From Cyanophora paradoxa CCMP329 (Eukaryota > Plantae > Glaucophyta): a stretch of 64,000 bases of DNA. Position 1 is the stretch's first letter; each line of letters begins with the position of its first letter. Shown in pieces: positions 1-13,109 of this stretch. Location of the stretch: the NCBI GenBank assembly GCA_004431415.1, contig QPMI01000085.1, positions 124,001 through 188,000 on the forward strand, read 5' to 3'. The position numbers were made by a program, and so were the translations under genes. The notes beneath the pieces are model-generated. The model made no database searches and was not told where the DNA came from. It was given only the letters and a program-made list of their open reading frames with translations.

Positions 1-3000
1 GGCCCGCCAGCGCCGACGCCGCCGACATCGCCGCCGCCCTCGAGCCGCAGGCCGGCGAGCCCTGCGCCGCCGCCCCGCTCGAGCCCGCCGACGGCCGCCG
101 GGCGTGTACCTCGCCACTTTCCTCCCCACCGTCTCCTGCCCGCACCGCCTGGCCGTCCGCCGCTCCGACGGGGCGCCCCTCCTGCCCGGCGGCCCCCTCG
201 CGGCCGCCCTCGCCGCGCGCGTGGCCCCGGGGGCGCCCTGCGGGCCCGCCTCCTCCCTCCGCGTGCTGCAGCCGGTGCCAGCGGCGGCCGGCGAGCTCCT
301 CACCGCCGTCGTCTCGCTGAAGGACCGCTGCGGCAACGCCGTCGCGGCCGCCTCGGGCGCCTCCGCGGGCCTCCGCGCCTGGGCCCGCTGCGGCGGGCTG
401 CGCGAGCCCCTCGCCCTCCGCCTCCGGCCCGACGGCTCCTTCGTGTCCGCACGCCCCCGCCGCCCTCGCTCGCGCCTGACCCCCGCGGCGGCAGGGCCTC
501 GCTCGCCCTGCGGAAGGCGGGCCCGTGGGACGTGTGCGCCGAGCTGCCGGACGGCCCCGTCGGGAAGCCGGCGCGGCTGGAGGTCGCGGCCGGCCCTGCC
601 CACGCCGCCCGCTCGAGCCTCGCCCTCCCCGCCGGCCCCGTCGCCGCTGGGACCCCCGTCCACGCCGTCCTCCGCCCCCGCGACGAGGTCCGCCCCGCCT
701 CTGAGCCCCTCAACGCGCCGCCGCCCGCCCGACGAGCGCGCCGCAGTTCGGGAACGAGGGGGCGCGCCTGGCGTGCGCTGCGGCCACGCTCGAGGTGGCG
801 GGGTGCGCCCCGGTGGCGCTCCCGTGGGGCCCCTGGAGGGGGGCGAGGCCCGCGTGGGGCCCGTCTCCTGCCTCGCGGCCGGCGAGTGCTCGCTCGTCGT
901 CCGCCTGGGCCCGGCCCGCGCGACACCCTCCGCGCCGCCTGCTCGTCTCCCCCGGCGCCCCCGCGGCGGCCGCCGTCGAGCTGCGCGCCCTCGAGGCCGC
1001 CGCCTGCGCCCACGTCCCCTTCCGCGTCGCCCTCTTCGACGCGGTGCGTGCCTCCCCGCCCGCCCGCCGCAGCAGCTGACCCGCCGCAGTGCGGCAACGC
1101 CGTTGGCGTGCCCGCCGGCGCCAGGGTGGCGGTCGCGTGGCACGCGCTGGGCTCCGCGGCGGCTGGGACGGCGCTCGAAGCGGGTGTCGGGTCTGACGGC
1201 GCCGGCTCCTTCTCGCCCGCCCTCGCGGCCGTCTACAGCCCGCGCGTCTCCCTCGACGGGGCGCCCCTCGCCACCCGCGCGCCCCTCCTCCGCGTCCGGC
1301 CCGGACGCCCCCACGGCCCGAACTGCACCGTGCAACTGGCCGGCGGCGCGTCGCAGCTGACGGCCGGTGCCGCGGCGACGGCGCTCATCACCTGCTTCGA
1401 CGCGGCGGGCAACCGCGTCTCCTGCGGCGGCGACGACGTGGCGGTGCTCCTGCGCGCGCCCGCCGTCGGCGACATCGCTGCGCGGACGACAGACCACGGG
1501 GACGGGACGTACACGGCTTCGGGGCCCCTCACGGCGGCCGGAGAGTACGCCCTCCTTGCCTCCGTCGCTGGCGTGCCCTGCGGCCAGGAGCCGCCCCGCC
1601 TGCACGTCGCCCCGGGGCCCGCCGTCGGCCGCCACTCGCTCCTCTCCGCGCCCGGCGAGGCGGCGGCGGGCGCCGAGGCCCGCCTCGAGCTCGTCTGCCG
1701 CGACCAGTTCCTCTCCCGCTGCACCACCGGCGGCGACCGTGCGTCGCCCCCGCCCCGCCCCCCGGCCGCCGCGTGATGGCGCTTCGCGCAGGGGTCCTCG
1801 TGGAGGTGGACCCGCCGTGTCCCACGCGCCTCCTCGACCGCGCCGACGGTGCGGCCGGCGCCGCCCTCCGCCCTGCCCCGCCTGAGCGTGTGCGCACAGG
1901 CACGTACGAGATCCGCCTCGTGCCGGCGAAGGCGGGGCGACGACCGTGCGGGCCGTCGTCAACGGCAGCGCGGCGCCCGAGGCGGCGCTCGCCGTGCGGG
2001 CCGGCCCCGTGTGCCCCGCCGCCTGCTCCCTCGAGGAACTCCCGGGGGGGGCCCTCCCCGCCGGCGGCGAGCTCCGCTTCGCCGTCGCCGCCGCCGACGC
2101 GTGCGGCAACCGCCTTCCGGCGGCCGCCTGCGCCGCCATCGAGGTCGCCGCCGCCGGGCCCGAGGCGCTGCAATCGCACCTCTTCTACGACCACGGTACG
2201 GCCTGCCCACGTCGCACCGCCCAGGCCTCGCGCTGAGCCCCTCGCAGAGGGTCGCGCCTGCTGCGTGCTCCGCCCTACGAAGGCGGGCCCCTACAGCGTC
2301 AGCGTCGCGATCGGTGGGGAGCCGGTGCGCGGCTCGCCCTTCGCGGCGGAGGTGCTGCCGGGCGCCCCGGAGCCGTCCTCGTGCACCCTTGCGCTGGCGG
2401 CGGCAGCGGGCCCTGCCGGCTGCCCCGTGGCGGTCCGCGTCGAGGCGCGGGACGCCTTCGGCAACGCCGCCGGCGCCGCCAGCCTCCTCGCGGACCTCCG
2501 CCTCGATCTGGCGGCCCCCGGCAGCCCCGCAGCGCCCCTCGCCCTCGCCAGCGGCCCCGGCGCCCTCGCCTCGTTCCTCCCGACGCGCGCCGGCCGCTAC
2601 TCCGTCCGCGCGCTCATCGGTGGGCGGCCCCTCGCCGGCACTGCCGCCGGCGTCCCCTTCGAGTGCGAGCCGGCCGAGGTCTACCCGCCGCGCTGCACCG
2701 CCGAGTGGCTCGGCGAGCCGTCCGCCGCCGCCGGCGAGCGCCTCTCGTGCGCGCTGCAGCTCTGCGACCGCTTCGGGAACGAGGTGCGGGCGAGCTCGGC
2801 GGCCGTGGAGGGCGTCGTGCGCGCCGCGGACGGGGCGCAGCTCGCCCGCGCCGAGCTCGTCTCCGTCGTCGACGGCCGCTGCCTCCTTTCCGTCGCCTGC
2901 CGCGCCGCCGGCCGCCACCAGCTCGTCCTCGCCGTCGCCGGCCGCGAGCTGCCGGCCCCGCTGCCCCTCCTCGTGCGGCCGGGGCGCGCCTGCGCGGCCC

Positions 3001-6000
3001 GCTGCCTCGTGGAGGGGGCCCCCGAGGGGCCCGTCGAGGCCGGCGCGACGCTCGCCCTCCGCCTCGTCGCCTGCGACGCCTTCGGTGCCCCCCGCCCCCC
3101 GCCCCCCGCCCCCCCGCCCCCTCACGCCCCGCAGGCAACGCGGTGGGGCGCGGCGGAGAGGCGCTAGAGGCGGTGGCGCGGGGAGCCGGGGCGGAGGTGC
3201 GGGGCGGGGTGGTGGACGGCGGGGACGGCGTCTACGCGCTGGCGCTGCGGGCGACGCGCGCCGGCGAGTACCGCCTCGAGGTTGCCCTCGCCGGCGAGCC
3301 CGTCCCCGCCGCCCCGCCCTCCTTCTGCGTCGCCCGGGCCCCGCCCTCGCCGAGCGCTGCAGCCTCGAGGGCGAGGCGGCGCGCGCCGCCGTCGCCGGCG
3401 AGGAGGCCCGCCTCGCCCTCCTCGCCGCCGACGCCTTCGGCAACGACAACGAGGCCCCGCCGGCGCGCTCGAGGCGAGCCTCGAGCGCGACGGGCCGGCC
3501 ACCGGCGCCCCGTCGCGGTGCGCCACTGTGGCGGCGGCCGCTATGAGCTCGCCTACCGCGTCGAGGCCGCCGGCCCCTGGCGCCTCCGCGTCGCCATCGG
3601 CGGCCGCCCCGTCCCGGGCTCGCCGTTCCCCGTCGACATCGCGCCGGGGGCGCCGTGCCCGGAGCGCTGTACGGCGAGCGGGGCGGGCCTCGTCTCGGGC
3701 GGGGTGGCCGGCATCCCCGTCGTATTCACCCTCCGCTTCCACGACCGTTTCGGGAACGCCCTCCGCTCTCTTCCCGCCGAGGCGGCCGCCTCGCTCAGGG
3801 CGGAGGCGGGTCCTGGGACGAGCGCGGAGGCGCGGGACGCCGGGGACGGGTCGGCGGCGGTGACGGTCGTCTCCCGCGAGGCCGCCCCCCTGCGCGTCCG
3901 CGTCTTCGCCCTCGGCGCCGAGTGTGCCGGCAGCCCCTTCCCCCTCACCATCCTCGACAACCTCGAGCGCTGGGCCGCCAAGGCGCACCCCGCCCCACCC
4001 GCCCCTCACGCCCCCGCTCACGCCGCCCCTCACGCTGCCCCGCAGGAGCTCGAGGCGCGGGCGGGGCGGCACGTGTCGGCGGTGCGGACGGCCCTCGGCG
4101 GCTCGCGGGCGACCGTGCGGGCGCTACGGGGCGAGCTGGCGGAGCTGGGGGCGGCGGCGGGGCGGGACCTGGCGGCGGGGTGCGGGCAGATCCTCACCGC
4201 CGTCTCCCAGCAGGCCGCCGAGCTCGCCAACGCCCGCGCACGGTGCCGCCCCGCCCCCCACACCCCCGCCGCAGCCGCCCGTCCCGACGGCCCGTGCCAG
4301 CTACGCGCGGGAGATCCGGGAGAGGCGGAAGCTCTACAACGAGCTGCAGGAGCTGCGCGGCAACATCCGCGTCTTCGTCCGCGTGCGGCCGCTCAGCGCG
4401 GCGGAGCTCGCCGGCGGGGCGAGGCCCGTGGTGGAGTTCCCGCAGTCGGACACGATCCGGCTGACGGTGGCGGGGGCCGGCGGCTCGCGGCCGACGGTGG
4501 CGACCTACGACTTCGACCGGGTGTACGGCCCCGAGACGGGCCAGGCGGCCGTCTTCGAGGACACGCGCAGCCTCGTCACCTCCGTCCTGGACGGCTACAA
4601 CGTCTGCCTCTTCGCGTACGGCCAGACGGGCTCGGGCAAGACCTTCACCATGGAGGTGCGGCCCGCCGGCTCGCCCCGCCCCGACCCGCCCCGCGCTTTC
4701 TTCTCTTGAATTCGATCTCACCTTGATTCGCCAGGGGACGGACGAGGAGCCCGGCGTCTCGTACCGGGCCCTCGAGGAGCTCTTCCGCACCACCGGCGAG
4801 GAGGCCTCCCCCGTGCGTCCGCCCCCGGCCCGCCCCCCGCGCCGCGCCGACGCGCCGGCAGGACTACCGGTTCGAGGTGCGGGTGAGCCTGCTGGAGGTG
4901 TACAACGAGAGCATCCGGGACCTGCTGCGGGACCCCTCCGAGCGGCCCGTCCCCCTCGACGTCAAGCTCGTCAAGCGCCACGACGGTGCGGCAGGCCCGC
5001 CCCGGCCCCGCCCCCGGCCCCCGACCCGCCGCAGGCACCCTGGGCGTGCACGTGCCGGACCTGCGCACGAGCGCCGTCGCCTCGGTCGGCGAGGTGCGCG
5101 AGGTCATGGCCCGGGGCTACAGGAACCGCGCCGTCGGCGTCACGGACCTCAACTCCCACTCCTCGGTCCGCCGCCCCCCGCCCCCCGCCCCCCGCCCGCC
5201 GCCCGCCGCGGGACGCGGGACGCGGGGGCAGCGGTCGCACTGCGTGCTGACGGTGTACGTGGACTCGAGCAACGTGACGACGGGCCTGCGCGCCTGCGGC
5301 AAGCTCCACCTCGTCGACGTGCGCCCCGTCCCCTGCCCCCCTCGACCCCCCGTGCTGAGAGCAGGCCGCCAGCTCGCCGGCTCCGAGCGCGTCAAGGACT
5401 CCGGCGCCGCCGGCGCCCGCCTGCAGGAGGCCCAAGTCCGCCCGCCCGCCCCCGCTCCCGGCCCCGGCCCCGGCCGGTCGCCCGGGCCTTGACGCGCGCC
5501 GCGGCAGAACATCAACCGGTCCCTGTCGGCCCTCTCGAACGTCATCAATGCGCTCGTGACGAAGGCGAAGCACGTGCCGTTCCGCGACTCGAAGCTCACG
5601 CGCCTCCTCGAGGACTCGATCGGCGGCAACTCCAAGGCCCGCCCCTCCCGCCCCGCCCCGCCCCTCGCCCGCCCCTCACCGGCCGCGCAGTGCCTCATGT
5701 TCTGCAACCTGAACCCGTCGGCCGACTGGGAGAGCTACAGCTCGCTCAAGTTCGCGGCGCGCGTCCGCGCCGTCGAGCTCGGGCCCGCGCGCCGCACCCA
5801 GGAGGTCCTGGCGGCCCCCGAGCCCGTCCCCGACGAGAACGACGAGCCGGCCCCGCCCCGCCCCAGCTTCGACTCCGAAGCACCCCCCGCCTCCCCGGCC
5901 AAGCCGCCCCGCCCCGCCGCCCCGCCACCCCGGCCCCTCTCCGACAACTCCGACCGCCCTGCTGCGGCCGCCGCCCCGCCCGCCAAGCCGGCGCCCGCCA

Positions 6001-6089
6001 AGGCAGGCGCGACCGCGGCCACGGGCTCGAGCTCCCGCCTGCCCAGCCTTCGCAGCGGGCTTCCCCGCGCCGCCTCCAAGCCAAGCTAG
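1..6089 (+). CDS. Multi-exon kinesin-14 (C-terminal motor) with a long N-terminal array of filamin/ABP280 Ig-like repeats; 5' end outside window
   Basis: Repeated filamin motifs (DAFGN/DRFGN, DxGDGTY, GxPVxGSPF) from 1 to about 3960. Then a coiled coil, the kinesin-14 neck [24 protein letters not shown]-loop [28 protein letters not shown] and [16 protein letters not shown] at 6087-6089. Some 1-nt indels. Confidence 0.88.
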
Positions 6090-6419
6090 CCTAGCAGGCA
6101 TCGCCGCAGAAGTCGAGCAGAATGTCTAGAATCAAAAGCCTTAGCGTAGTAGAAAGCAAACGAAAGGGAAAGTTTGCATGCCGGCGCCGCAGCAGTGCGC
6201 ATGCGCTGCGGCAGTCATCAAGATCAAATTTGGTGCGGGGATACGCGATTACGAACGTTTGAGAGTTGCTTCGCGACTCGGCGAGTCCTGGCGCTGTAGA
6301 ACTTTGAATTCGCTTCGTTGGGACAGCAAAGGACTGCACCGCGGCAGCTGAAAGCGCAGCTGCAGCTGAACGCATTGTCAGCAGCTGAGGGAAGCTGCAG
6401 CTGCAGCTGCAGCTGGGCG

Positions 6420-8590
6420 ATGGCGTACCGCCTCCGTCGGGTGCTGGACGACGAGGCCGAGGCCCTGCCGCGCGTGGTGTCGTTGAGGAGAGCGAGCATC
6501 ACAGTGGGCCGCACACAGAAGCTCTCCGACGTGTGCGTGACTCCCGTGAGCGCCAGTCACTGATTTCCTTGACTCAAAGCGTGTGCGCAGACTGCTCGAT
6601 CAGTGAGCTGCTCCCGTCGCCCGCGCGGGCGGTAACCACTCACGCGCTAGGGGCTGCAGCCCGCAGTTCCCGCAGTGCTTGTCTAGAAAGCACGCCCGCC
6701 TCGTGCATGAGCATGGCGGGGTTACGGTTTCGGATCTCGAGTCGCTGAACGGGACCTTCCTCCAGCGCAAGGGAGCAGCCGAACTGGTGCGTTGAGCGAG
6801 GCGCGCGCGGCCCTACTTAAACTCTCAGCAGGAGAAGGTGACAGCGCAACCCGTGCGCCTCGAAGAAGGAGACGTCCTATTCTTCGGACTGAACAAGAAG
6901 GACTCGCCTTTCCAGTACGTTTTTGAGCGGGTTCCAGAGGACGAAGGTGCGCTGCGGCGATCCCGCTGAGCGGCCTGGCCCCGCTCACGCGCAGGCAGAT
7001 CCAGATGCCAGCGAGGTCTCCACTCCCCTCCATCTGAAACGGCTGCCGGAGGGCTCGCCTTCTTGGGGCGCTGCGACCGTCAAGCGCGAGCGGCTCGCCG
7101 ACGCGCCTGCAGGCAGCGTCGCCCCCTCCCCAAAACTTCCGCACACCCTCTGCCGGGAGAACGGGGGCGGCAAGATTGTGAGGGCAGACAATGACCGCGC
7201 CAAGACGGAGGCGGCGACAGCAGCCGCCCAAGCCGAGGCGCAGGCGGCGGCCGCCTCCGCCGCGGCCGCCCGCGCCGAGGCGGCCGCTGCGGCTGCGGAC
7301 AAGGAGAGGGCGGAAGCGGAGAAGGCGCGGGCGGAGGCGGACAAGGACAGGGCGGAGGCGGCTGCCGCCGCGGCAGAGAAGGCGAGGGAGGAAGCGCAGG
7401 CGGAGGCGCTCGTTGCAGCAGCGAAGGCGGCGGAAGCGTGGGCTGAGGTGCGAGGGAGGGCGGGTGCGCCGCGTCGACCTCGCGAGCGTGCGCGCAGATG
7501 AGCGCGGCGGCGGAGCGGGCGCGGGAGCGGGCGGCGGCGCTGGAGGAGGTGGAGAAGGAGTTCACGTGCCCCGTCTGCATCGACCTTTTCGCGCACCCCA
7601 TCACCCTCCCCTGCGTCCGCCCCTCGCCGCCTGCCCGCCCCTGGCGACGGGCGGGCGGCGAGCGGGGCGGGGCGCAGGGGCACTCGTTCTGCGAGGCGTG
7701 CCTGTGCGACGCGATGGCGGCGCGGCGCGTGTGCCCCTCGTGCAGGTCGGCGGTGCTCGTGCTGCCGGCCCGCAACGTCGCCCTCTCCTCAACCGCCGAG
7801 GTCCCGCCCCGCCCCGCTGGCCCCGCCCTCGGCCCACGCGGCGCGGCGCAGGCGCTGGCGAAGCAGAAGCCGGCTGCGGAGCGGGCGGAGCGCGAGCGGC
7901 GGCTGGCGGAGGCGGACCCCTCGCGGGCGCGCGCCCCGGCCCGCGCGCCCCGCGCAGCTCACGCCGCGCAGGCCGAGCGCCTGCGCCGCGACCTCCTCGC
8001 CGCCTCCCGCGGCCCCGCCCGCCGCCCCCCTTACCCCCTACCCGCCCCCGCCCCGCCTGGAGGTGCGCCGGCCGGCCCCGGGGCGCCTGCGGGGCCCGAC
8101 GGGCGACAGCCGGAGGTGGAGCGGGCGCTCGGCTCCCTGCGGCAGCAGATCACAGAGGCCCGGGTGCGCGCGCCGCCCCGCCCCGCGCGGCGCTCCGGGG
8201 GCCGAGGGGCGGGGCAGGCGCGGGGGAGCTCGTTCCTGGACGTGCGGGCGCGCTGGGGCGAGCGCGAGGTCCGCGACTTCGTCGCCGGCGTCACGTGCGC
8301 GCCCCGCGAGCCCCGCGTCCCCCCGCCGCCCCACGCCCGACCCTCTCGTCCGCAGGTCCTACGGCCACCCGCTCTTGAGGAGGACGTATGCGCAGACGGT
8401 TCGGCGGGGCGGGGCGCGCGGGGCGTGGCTGGGCGCGAGCAGGGCGCAGGTGGGCCTGACGGACGACTTCATCGCGACGGCGGGCGTGGAGCAGCTGCGG
8501 GCGGCGTGCAGGAATTGCAGCATCCCCGTCCCCCCCCCCGCCCCCGCCGAGGCCCTGCGTGCTGCCCTCCTCCGCTTCCTTTCCGGCTGA
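6420..8590 (+). CDS. FHA + coiled-coil + C3HC4 RING E3 ubiquitin ligase (RNF8/CHFR-like architecture), multi-exon
   Basis: FHA motifs ITVGR, HARL, DLESLNGTF; Ala/Glu coiled coil; RING FTCPVCIDLFAHPITLPC/GHSFCEAC...CPSCR split by an intron. Confidence 0.8.
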
Positions 8591-9039
8591 TCGCCCCCCA
8601 GCCCCGCACAGCTAGCGCTAGCTGTACTATAGCTAGTAGTCCCCGGCCCATGGCCACTCCGATCCCTGCGTAGAACTCGAATTCGGAGTCGACGCCGGCG
8701 CCGGCCTGCAGCAGGCTAGGCGCCGGCGCCGGCCCTCTTCAGACTCGCCAGCGCTCCCCGTCAGATTCGATCATCCCCGCTGTCGACGTCAGTCGCGCCC
8801 TGTTCAGATCGGAATCCACGCGTCCGATCCGCGCGCGGCAGTGCGCGCGCGTGCGTTTTCGAGCAAACGTGAACGGTTTAATCCCGGGGGGGGGGGGGGG
8901 GGGGGGGGGGAAGCATTGATCACTGGGCTACAAATCAGCTGCGCGCGCAGCACCCGACGTGCGCGGGGCCCTGTTCGCCGTCACGTACATGATCCAGAGG
9001 TGGTAGCGTACTATCCGTAGCAGCCCCGGCCCGGCGGAT

Positions 9040-10534
9040 ATGGCGCCGCCAGCCGGCGCTGCGCGTCCGGCGCCGGCCTCTGAATCTGAACTGCCGGCCA
9101 GCGCGCATGTACACGCGCACTCCAAAAAGCGGAGCTGGCTCGACTCCGCGGCCGTCCAGAGCCTGCCGCGCGACCTCTTAGCACTCGTCTTCGAGGCCAG
9201 TGCGGGAAGGAGGATGCTGGCCACCGCGAGACTCGTTTGTAGGGACTGGCAGCTAGCAGTTGATGAGGCCAGACTAAATCTCGACCTCGCGAGGCCCGGC
9301 GCGGTGCGTGCATCGGGTGCGCGCGCGCGCCGTGCGCGTCCCTCTGAGCGGCGCCGCGCAGGGTGCGGACGGACCCGCGCTGGCGCGCCTGATCGAGAAG
9401 AGCACGGGCCTGGAGTCGCTCACGCTCCGCCTGAGCGCCACCGTGATGCCCCAACTCGTGCGCTGTCTGCCGGCTCGGCGCGCGGCGTGCGGATGCGGCG
9501 GGGGCTCACGGGCGGCCGCAGGCGGGCGCGGTGGAGTGCATAGCGGCTGCGGTGCGGCAGCACAAGAGCCTGGCGTCGATTGCCGTGTGCGGGGACCTGC
9601 GCGTCGGGGGCGCGGAGGCGGCGGCGCTGGTCGAGGCGGCCGCCGCGCGCGCGACGCGCATCTCCCTCGAGGACCTGCCCCTCGACCCGCCCGCCGCCGC
9701 CGCCGTCGCCCGCGCCGTGCGCCTGCCCCGTCCGCGCCGCCTGCGCGACGCCGCTGAGGGCGGATCGGGGCAGCTGGGGCGGGGGCGGCGGCTGGAGGAG
9801 CTGCGGGTCGTGCGGGTGGGGGCGGAGTGCGGGGCGGCGCTGGCGGCGCTCCCCGCCGGCCTCGTCTCCCTCGAGCTCGTCCACGCCGCCCTCGACAGGC
9901 GCCCCAGCCTGCCGCCCCGCCCGCCCCGCCCGCCCCTCACCGCGGCCGCGCGCCCCGCAGCGCCGCCCTCGCCGCCCTCGGGCGCCTCGTCGCCGGGGGG
10001 CGGCTGCGGGCGCTGCGGCTCTCGGGGACGCGACTGGGCGGCGAGGGGTGCGCGGCGGCGCTGGCGGGCCCGCTGCGGGACCCGCGCTGCGGCCTGGAGG
10101 CGCTGCTGGTGGCGCGCTGCGGCCTGGGGCCCGACGGCTGCCTCGCCCTCCTCGCGGCCGCCGCGGGCCACGCGCGGCTCGCCAGCCTCGCTCTCTACGG
10201 CGAGGCGGTCGGCAGCGGGCCGGGCGCCGAGGCGGCCGCCGCGCTGCTCTCCTCGCACCCCGCCCTCCGGAGCTGCACGCTGGCGGCGTGCGGGCTGGCG
10301 ACGGAGGGCGCCGTGCGGCTCGTGCAGGCCGCCCTCGGGCACCCGCAGCGCCCCCTCGCCGTTCTCGACATCACCGTGCCCGCCCCGCCCCCCCCCCCCC
10401 CCCCCTCCCCCCCTCCCCCGCTCCGTCGCCCCGCGCCGACGCCCGCCCAGGGCAACGCCGTCGCCGCCGAGGGGCAGGGCAAGATCTACACCCTCAGCCG
10501 CCACACCCGCCTCACCGTTCGCGTCTCCTGGTGA
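9040..10534 (+). CDS. F-box / RNI-like leucine-rich repeat protein, multi-exon
   Basis: F-box SLPRLLA-type motif SLPRDLLALVFE...ARLVCRDW; LRRs such as LRALRLSGTRLGGEG and LEALLVARCGLGPDG. Confidence 0.7.
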
Positions 10535-12106
10535 CCCGCGGCCGCCCTCCTCGGGGTCGCAGGCCTCAGGGCACCGTGCCTCCGAATCCGAGGCTCCAGG
10601 CCCGGGGGGCATGGTCCCGCTGCGATTTCCGGATCCTATAGCTAGCTATAGCTGCCGCAGTGCCGCAGTGCAGACAGCATTTTTTTTAGAGGACCGTCGG
10701 ACTGTGCCAACTCTTCTTCAGCCTTGAAGTTTATTTTAGTTTTCGGCCTTGAAGCTTCTTTCAATGAGTCAGTTTTCGAATCATAAATTCCATACTGTAT
10801 CACAGTATGCTTGATCATGATCATGAGCTTCACGGACGAAGGCCGGGCAGCTACAGAAATTGGATAGCGCTAGCTGGATAGAGTAACATAGTATATTAAT
10901 ATTGCATCATGGCATTTCAAGTTTGATTGTGACCCGTCACGGCGTGATGGTTGCTAGATCAGCCGCAACAGGCAGCGTCTGTCATATCATGATCACAGCT
11001 GCAGTACTGCGAGGCTGCAGCTGGGGCTCACTGCGGCTCAGCGGCTCATTACTAAGTTACACATTTATATAATTATTTATATAATTAGAAGCACATCTGC
11101 AGCTGTGACCTACGAGGCTAGCCTCAGAGTCTGCAGCTGGTTCATGCAACCTTTTTTAACGGTTGCAGGGCCCCCCGGCCGCGGGGCAGTACAGGCTGCA
11201 AGATACTATGATATCATGCAAAGACTCCAGCTCCGAGCTCCGAGGGCTCCGAGGCGCCCGGCTCCGAGTCGGCGAGTCCGACGGTCACCGGGTCTGCGAA
11301 AAAGTCTAACTCGCGATCGGAGCCTGGAGCTCGACTCGGCCGAGTCATGATCATTGCATGATTCATGATCATCATGCATATGGCATGATCATGATTATGT
11401 CATGATGATCAGTACTAGTGTCACGGTGAGTCCTGACTCCATGACATTGACTTCCCCCTTCAGTACCCACGTGCACCTGCTGCGCTAGCTGGCCCCATCC
11501 GATGATCCCCCGCCCGGGCCGCCCCCCCGGGCCCCGGGCCGGCGGGCCCCCCGGCCCCGGGCCCCACCCCCCGCCCCCGGCCCGCGGTCGGGACGAGCTC
11601 GAGGCCTAGCGAGCTGGCGATTGGAGAATATGAGAGGTGGACCGGATCGGAGCCTCGGAGCCTCGGAGTCCGAGCACGCCCCCCATGGCCATGGCCAGGC
11701 CCCCCACGGGCCCGAGCGGGGCGAGTCCAAGGCATCCCAAACGCACGGCATCGCCCACGTGCACTACGTGGACCTGGCCTGCGAGCCTCCCCCCGTGAAC
11801 AATAACAACCTCGCCCTGCCGCGCTGTGCGTGGCGTGGTGCGCCCTGCGCCCGAGCTCTCTTCGCCCACGCGCCACTGCGTGGGAGTAGGACCACGGGGA
11901 GCATAGGATTTAGAGGTTCGAAGCTTGATCACAATCGCACGAGAGTTCTTGAAATCGATCATCGGATGCGCGTAAGATGTGGAGGAGAAGATGAATACGG
12001 GAGCTGGATGTGGGGCGCCGGAGGACGATGCGGGGGTTTGGGATTGGCGCCGGCGCGGAGGCCGGGAGGACTCGGGATGGGAAGCGAGGTCTACACGAAC
12101 GGGGGA

Positions 12107-12701
12107 TCAGCCAGCTCCTCCGCCGCCGGCTGCTTGAGCTTTCGAGCCCTCCTCCTGCTTTGCTGCCGACGCCGGCCCTTCCGCGCTGGCATTTGCCGGG
12201 CTCGCGGAGCTGGGTGCCGGCGCGGGAGAGGCCGGCGCTTCCTGAGTTGAGGCTTGCCCTGTGCTGGCTACCTTGCTCTTGACGGCGGCAGCGACCGCAC
12301 CGGCCTTCTCGGCGATCTTCTGTGGCGCCTCGAGGACAGCGGTGATTCTGAGCGGGGGCGATCAACGGGCGCGTCGCCCATTCGCCGCAGAATCGCAAGC
12401 GCACGTTCTGTCGACCGCGCCGGTGCCCTTCTCGTACGCGGCGCCGACCTGCGCAGCGCTTGAGCGCCTGCCGCGGCACGGCGGGCGCGCTGCCGCGGCG
12501 GGCGCGCAAACGCACACTGTTTCCCACTTTTGCGGCCTTCTCCTTCACCGTGGATGAAGCCTGTTTCGGCTTCTCGAGCTCCTGTTGCGCCGGCTCCTGC
12601 TCCGCTACCGACAAGAGCAGGCGCAAAGGCGGGGCCGGTGCAATCCAACGCGCGGCCCTGCCTGCCCTCAGCTGTAGCCTCGAGGCGGCCCGGCTGAGCA
12701 T
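12107..12701 (-). CDS. Small Ala/Lys-rich protein with putative mitochondrial presequence (2 introns)
   Basis: Arg-rich amphipathic N-terminus MLSRAASRLQLRAGRAARW; spliced frame continues VGAAYEKGTG / ITAVLEAPQKIAEKAG to TGA at 12107. Confidence 0.5.
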
Positions 12702-13109
12702 TTTTTCTAGGACTGGGTACAGGGAATACGGCCTCAGTGGGTTCCTCGCACGGTGCGCGCGCTGTGCTTGCCCGATAAGTGTTCTTCGCGCGCTTACCGC
12801 CGGCGTAGCCGGCCAGCTCCTCTACGATCTGACCGCACTCGCCTATATGGTCGCAACGCACGAAAGCGACAAGAGCACCGTGCGCCGTTTGAGCTCTGGG
12901 TAGCGGGAATTGCTAGGACCAAGAGCTGTCTACCACCGCCTACAGCGCGCGCATGCTGCGCGCTCAATCGGCCCTTGCGCGGGGGCGTCATTCGAGTCGA
13001 TTTATCGTTTCCTTAAGCCTCGAATGTCCATTTCTTAGCATTCGCGCTGACCCCTGCTCAAGTCTCCGCTCCGTTCGCTGCCCTCGCGCTGAACTCTGCT
13101 CGGTTTCAG

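Noticed and set aside
8885-8910. Poly-G tract (also poly-C at about 15583-15623)
   Set aside because: Simple homopolymers of unreliable length; no further structure.
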